In this document: one piece after another, positions 5,852-8,270 of the stretch
Numbering within the stretch: position 1 is the first letter of the stretch
Layout: each line of letters starts with the position of its first letter
Assembly (NCBI RefSeq): GCF_035285525.1
Contig: NZ_JAYKGW010000152.1
Span: 1 to 8,270 of the forward strand
DNA from: Okeania sp.
GTDB lineage: Bacteria > Cyanobacteriota > Cyanobacteriia > Cyanobacteriales > Microcoleaceae
DNA: 8,270 nt
Direction: 5' to 3'
Translations under genes and position numbers: made by a program
The notes under the pieces: model-generated
Told to the model about the DNA's origin: nothing
Database searches by the model: none
Seen by the model: the letters and a program-made list of their open reading frames with translations, nothing else

Positions 5852-6532
5852 ATGTCAAAAAATAGAATTGCTAAAACTTCATTATTTTTTATAATATTTG
5901 TAGTTATTTGCTTGAATATTGGTTACTTTACTCCGAGAAATTTGAGTAATAATTCTGATGATTTGAACTTCTCAAATAAGACCATACCCATATATGTTTA
6001 TAATATGGGTATTCATACAGATATTCTACTTCCAGTTCAAACCAAAATTTGGGATTGGCAACAACATTTAAACTTAAAATTAATAGCTAATCCATCAATT
6101 TCCATAAATTATCTAGCTTTTGGTTTAGGCGATAGAGCTTATTTTCTAGAAACTTATAATCAGACATCATTACCAATCGTGACAGCTTTGAAAGCTCTAT
6201 TCCTACCAACACCTTCTGCAATCAGAGTATTAGCTTATCAAAATATTCCTCAAAAATATGAAATTAAATGTGTTATGATTAGTCAATCTAATTATCTAAT
6301 TCTAACCAAATTTATCAATAATTCTTTTCAATTTGATGCCCAAAATAATAGAAAAATTATCAAAATAGACCCTAATTATAAAGTTGGTTTTTATGCAGGA
6401 AAAGATACCTATTCAATTTTAAGAGCTTGTAATGATTGGACAGCAGAAGCTCTGAGATTAGCAGGAATAACAACTCCTCTATGGTCAGGACTTTCTAGCT
6501 CAATTATGTATCATCTTAATGATAACTGCTAA
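5852..6532 (+). CDS. Membrane-anchored DUF2459/TIGR02117-like hypothetical protein.
   Basis: The protein is 226 aa with an N-terminal TM helix (LFFIIFVVICLNIGYF). The motifs GIHTDILLP, AFGLGDRAYF and a C-terminal ACNDWTAEALRLAG resemble what I recall of the TIGR02117 (DUF2459) family. This is a motif-level call only. Confidence 0.55.
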   Translation: MSKNRIAKTSLFFIIFVVICLNIGYFTPRNLSNNSDDLNFSNKTIPIYVYNMGIHTDILLPVQTKIWDWQQHLNLKLIANPSISINYLAFGLGDRAYFLETYNQTSLPIVTALKALFLPTPSAIRVLAYQNIPQKYEIKCVMISQSNYLILTKFINNSFQFDAQNNRKIIKIDPNYKVGFYAGKDTYSILRACNDWTAEALRLAGITTPLWSGLSSSIMYHLNDNC

Positions 6533-6696
6533 TAACTGCGATCGCTTTCTTAAATTCAAAATTCAAAAGTTCGAAATTTGTAGGTGTGTGACGGCATCCT
6601 TTTTTCAATTTTGGGGAAACTCCAGAAATTTTTCCTCACGCACCTTTTTTTGGGATTGGTAGACGATTTATAGTGCGTTACTGACACGCCTAAAAA

Positions 6697-6800
6697 TGTA
6701 GGTTGGGTTGTTGCTTGCTAACCCGTAGCGGTACGATAGTGAAACTCAACAAAGCCATACTATTATTGGTGTTCGGTTTCGTTCCTTAACCCAATCTACA
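6697..6800. repeat. Degenerate copy of the cyanobacterial GTAGGTTGGGTT...AACCCAACCTAC inverted-repeat family.
   Basis: TGTAGGTTGGGTT at 6697-6709 matches the reverse complement of AACCCAATCTACA at 6788-6800 (12/13). The internal GGTTTCGTTCCTTAACCCAATCTACA resembles the common TTGGGTTTCGTTCCTCAACCCAACCTAC repeat of filamentous cyanobacteria. Confidence 0.6.
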
Positions 6801-6854
6801 GCTACTTCATCAAATGCCTATTCCTGATGGTTGGTTAAATGAAACCTAATCTCT

Positions 6855-6907
6855 CAGCCCCCCCCTTCCCAGAAGCGCTTTGGGGGAGAGGTCTTAACCT
6901 ATGTTCT
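6855..6907 (+). repeat. G/C-rich dispersed repeat, copy 1 (CAGCCCCCCCCTTCCCAGAAGCGCTTTGGGGGAGAGGTCTTAACCTATGTTCT).
   Basis: It recurs in direct orientation at 6939-7028 with an internal insertion. Confidence 0.8.
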
Positions 6908-6938
6908 GAAGCTAGAGCCGCTATAAAAGCTAACCCCC

Positions 6939-7028
6939 CAGCCCCCTTCCCAGAAGCGCCTTGGGGGAGAATAACTCCCCTCTCAAAAGTAGGAGAGGGG
7001 TTGGGGGAGAGGTCTTAACCTATGTTCT
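6939..7028 (+). repeat. G/C-rich dispersed repeat, copy 2, interrupted by a 30-bp hairpin element flanked by a 10-bp duplication.
   Basis: CAGCCCCCTTCCCAGAAGCGCCTTGGGGGAGA is followed by ATAACTCCCCTCTCAAAAGTAGGAGAGGGG, then a second TTGGGGGAGA, then GGTCTTAACCTATGTTCT. The insert has an 8-bp stem (CCCCTCTC/GAGAGGGG). Confidence 0.8.
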
Positions 7029-7165
7029 TCCCTGCAACACCAGACTTGAATAAATTATTTCCCTAAAAAAAGAGCCACTATTTTCCCACAATACTTATTT
7101 AATTAGATAATATAACAACTTTTTCTGCTTGTCAAGTGCGACCGCTATCAAATCCGTAAACCAAA

Positions 7166-7193
7166 GTAGGGACGTTCCATGGAACGTCCCTAC
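7166..7193. repeat. Perfect 28-bp palindrome GTAGGGACGTTCCATGGAACGTCCCTAC (REP-like).
   Basis: The sequence is self-complementary over all 28 nt, with CCATGG at the centre. It lies about 95 nt beyond the alsS-like stop in the convergent intergenic region. Confidence 0.9.
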
Positions 7194-7231
7194 AGGATGG
7201 TGAGGTACACTTAAAAATTAACCTCTATCTT

Positions 7232-7272
7232 TGTAACACAACCTTCCAGGTTGTTACAGCCTTCAAGGCTGT
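7232..7272 (-). terminator. Two adjacent, similar hairpins just downstream of the acetolactate synthase stop. Possible intrinsic terminator.
   Basis: On the minus strand the hairpins read ACAGCC-TTGAA-GGCTGT, then AACAACCT-GGA-AGGTTGTGTT (2-nt bulge). Both are built on CCTKGAAGG. An AATTTTTAA tract follows only about 20 nt later, so this is not a canonical stem plus U-run. Confidence 0.35.
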
Positions 7273-7286
7273 GTCACCACTCATTA

Positions 7287-8270
7287 CTAAATCGCACAAC
7301 TCAAACCACCTGACTTTTTAGTAAAACGAGCATTCTCCCGATAATCAACCCGACAATCTATCACCGCAGGAACATCTTGAGCAAGCGCCTCCTTCAAAAT
7401 AGGAACTAAATCCGCAGCAGACTCTACTCGATAACCCTTCAAACCGAAACTCTCTGCAAATTTCACAAAATCAGGATTGCCAAACTTAATAAAAGAAGAC
7501 GTACCAAAATGATTTTCCTGCTTCCACTCAATCAAACCATAACCGCCATCATTAAAAATCAAAGTCACAAAAGCAGTACCCACCCGCAAAGCAGTTTCCA
7601 ACTCTTGACAGTTCATCATAAACCCACCATCTCCTGTTACTGCGACAACCTTGCGGTCAGGATAAACCAACTTGGCAGCGATCGCTCCCGGAATCGCAAT
7701 ACCCATCGCCGCAAAACCATTAGAAATCAAACAAGTATTAGGGCGATCGCAATGATAATGTCTAGCAATCCACATTTTATGGGCACCAACATCAGAAATC
7801 ACAATATCCTCCGCACCCATAACCTGGCGTAAATCATAAATTAGTTTTTGAGGTTTAATCGGAAACCCATCATCCTTACCATATTCCTCATATTCAGAGC
7901 GCATATTTTTTCTAATTTCTGATATACTCGGACTTAATTTATTTATGCGCTCCGAACGTCGTAAAATTTCATTCAAAGAATCAGAAATATCTCCAATTAT
8001 TTCTGCAATTGGAATATAACTGCTATCAATCTCCGCATATTTTTCCCCCACATGAATAATCGGAATTTCCCCTTGAGGATTCCATTTTTTCGGTGAATAT
8101 TCAATCATATCGTAACCAATTGCAATCACCAAATCTGTTTCATCAAAAGCACAACTAATATAATCGCGTTGTTGTAAACCAGTCGTCCATAAAGACAAAG
8201 GATGAGTATAAGGTATCACACCTTTACCCATAAAAGTATTAGCAACCGGAATATTTAATTGTGTAGCAAA
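7287..8270 (-). CDS. alsS: ThDP-dependent acetolactate synthase, catabolic AlsS type. C-terminal ~327 codons only; the 5' end lies right of the window.
   Basis: The minus-strand frame stays open to nt 8270 (FATQLNIPVANTF precedes the listed Met). The ThDP-binding motif GDGGFMMNCQELETALRVGTAFVTLIFNDGGYG lies at about nt 7548-7634. The C-terminal FGNPDFVKFAESFGLKGYRVES...VIDCRVDYRENARF closely parallels Bacillus AlsS as I remember it (FGNIDIVKYAESFGATGLRVES...IIDVPVDYSDN). Stop TAG at 7287-7289. Confidence 0.8.
   Translation of the reverse strand, partial: FATQLNIPVANTFMGKGVIPYTHPLSLWTTGLQQRDYISCAFDETDLVIAIGYDMIEYSPKKWNPQGEIPIIHVGEKYAEIDSSYIPIAEIIGDISDSLNEILRRSERINKLSPSISEIRKNMRSEYEEYGKDDGFPIKPQKLIYDLRQVMGAEDIVISDVGAHKMWIARHYHCDRPNTCLISNGFAAMGIAIPGAIAAKLVYPDRKVVAVTGDGGFMMNCQELETALRVGTAFVTLIFNDGGYGLIEWKQENHFGTSSFIKFGNPDFVKFAESFGLKGYRVESAADLVPILKEALAQDVPAVIDCRVDYRENARFTKKSGGLSCAI

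Noticed and set aside
6552-6580. tRNA T-loop-like GTTCGAA within (A/G)TTC(A/G)AAA triplicated octamers.
   Set aside because: No acceptor, D or anticodon arms can be drawn. The surrounding sequence is a simple AT-rich short repeat.
7509-7832. 107-aa plus-strand ORF.
   Set aside because: It is antisense to the ThDP-binding region of the acetolactate synthase gene. Its composition is a mirror-image artefact of that gene.

Overview
The window is AT-rich DNA, almost certainly cyanobacterial. The HIP1 octamer GCGATCGC occurs 5 times (1691, 4355, 6538, 7678, 7743), and there are heptamer tandem repeats and G/C-rich palindromic repeats typical of filamentous cyanobacteria.

There are five credible genes:
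- dndC, + strand, 3' part only (1-936).
- An exported class-A beta-lactamase-fold serine hydrolase with an 8 x 24-bp in-frame tandem repeat, + strand (1757-2812).
- dndD, + strand (2989-4971).
- A membrane-anchored DUF2459/TIGR02117-like protein, + strand (5852-6532).
- An AlsS-type ThDP-dependent acetolactate synthase, - strand, 5' end outside the window (7287-8270).

The main point of interest is that this DNA-phosphorothioation (dnd) locus looks remodelled.
- dndC and dndD normally abut. Here they are 2,052 bp apart.
- The gap holds a 1,828-bp segment (1091-2918) bounded by about 67-bp imperfect inverted repeats. It carries the hydrolase gene and has no transposase.
- No dndE-sized ORF follows dndD. 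In its place is about 830 bp of non-coding DNA made of head-to-tail copies of a 220-250-bp MITE-like module with AATTAGGGWTTGCTGA-type terminal inverted repeats.
- One module copy is interrupted by a nested 129-bp IR-bounded insert. Two copies share a perfect 97-bp stretch. A fifth copy sits inside the 1.8-kb insertion.

The convergent intergenic region 6533-7286 is a patchwork of small cyanobacterial palindromic and direct repeats.

I see no convincing new protein-based system. The least-explained signals are the non-coding module family and the cargo-bearing, transposase-less insertion splitting the dnd operon. All coordinates and identity counts were made by hand from the sequence. All homology calls rest on remembered family motifs, not on searches.
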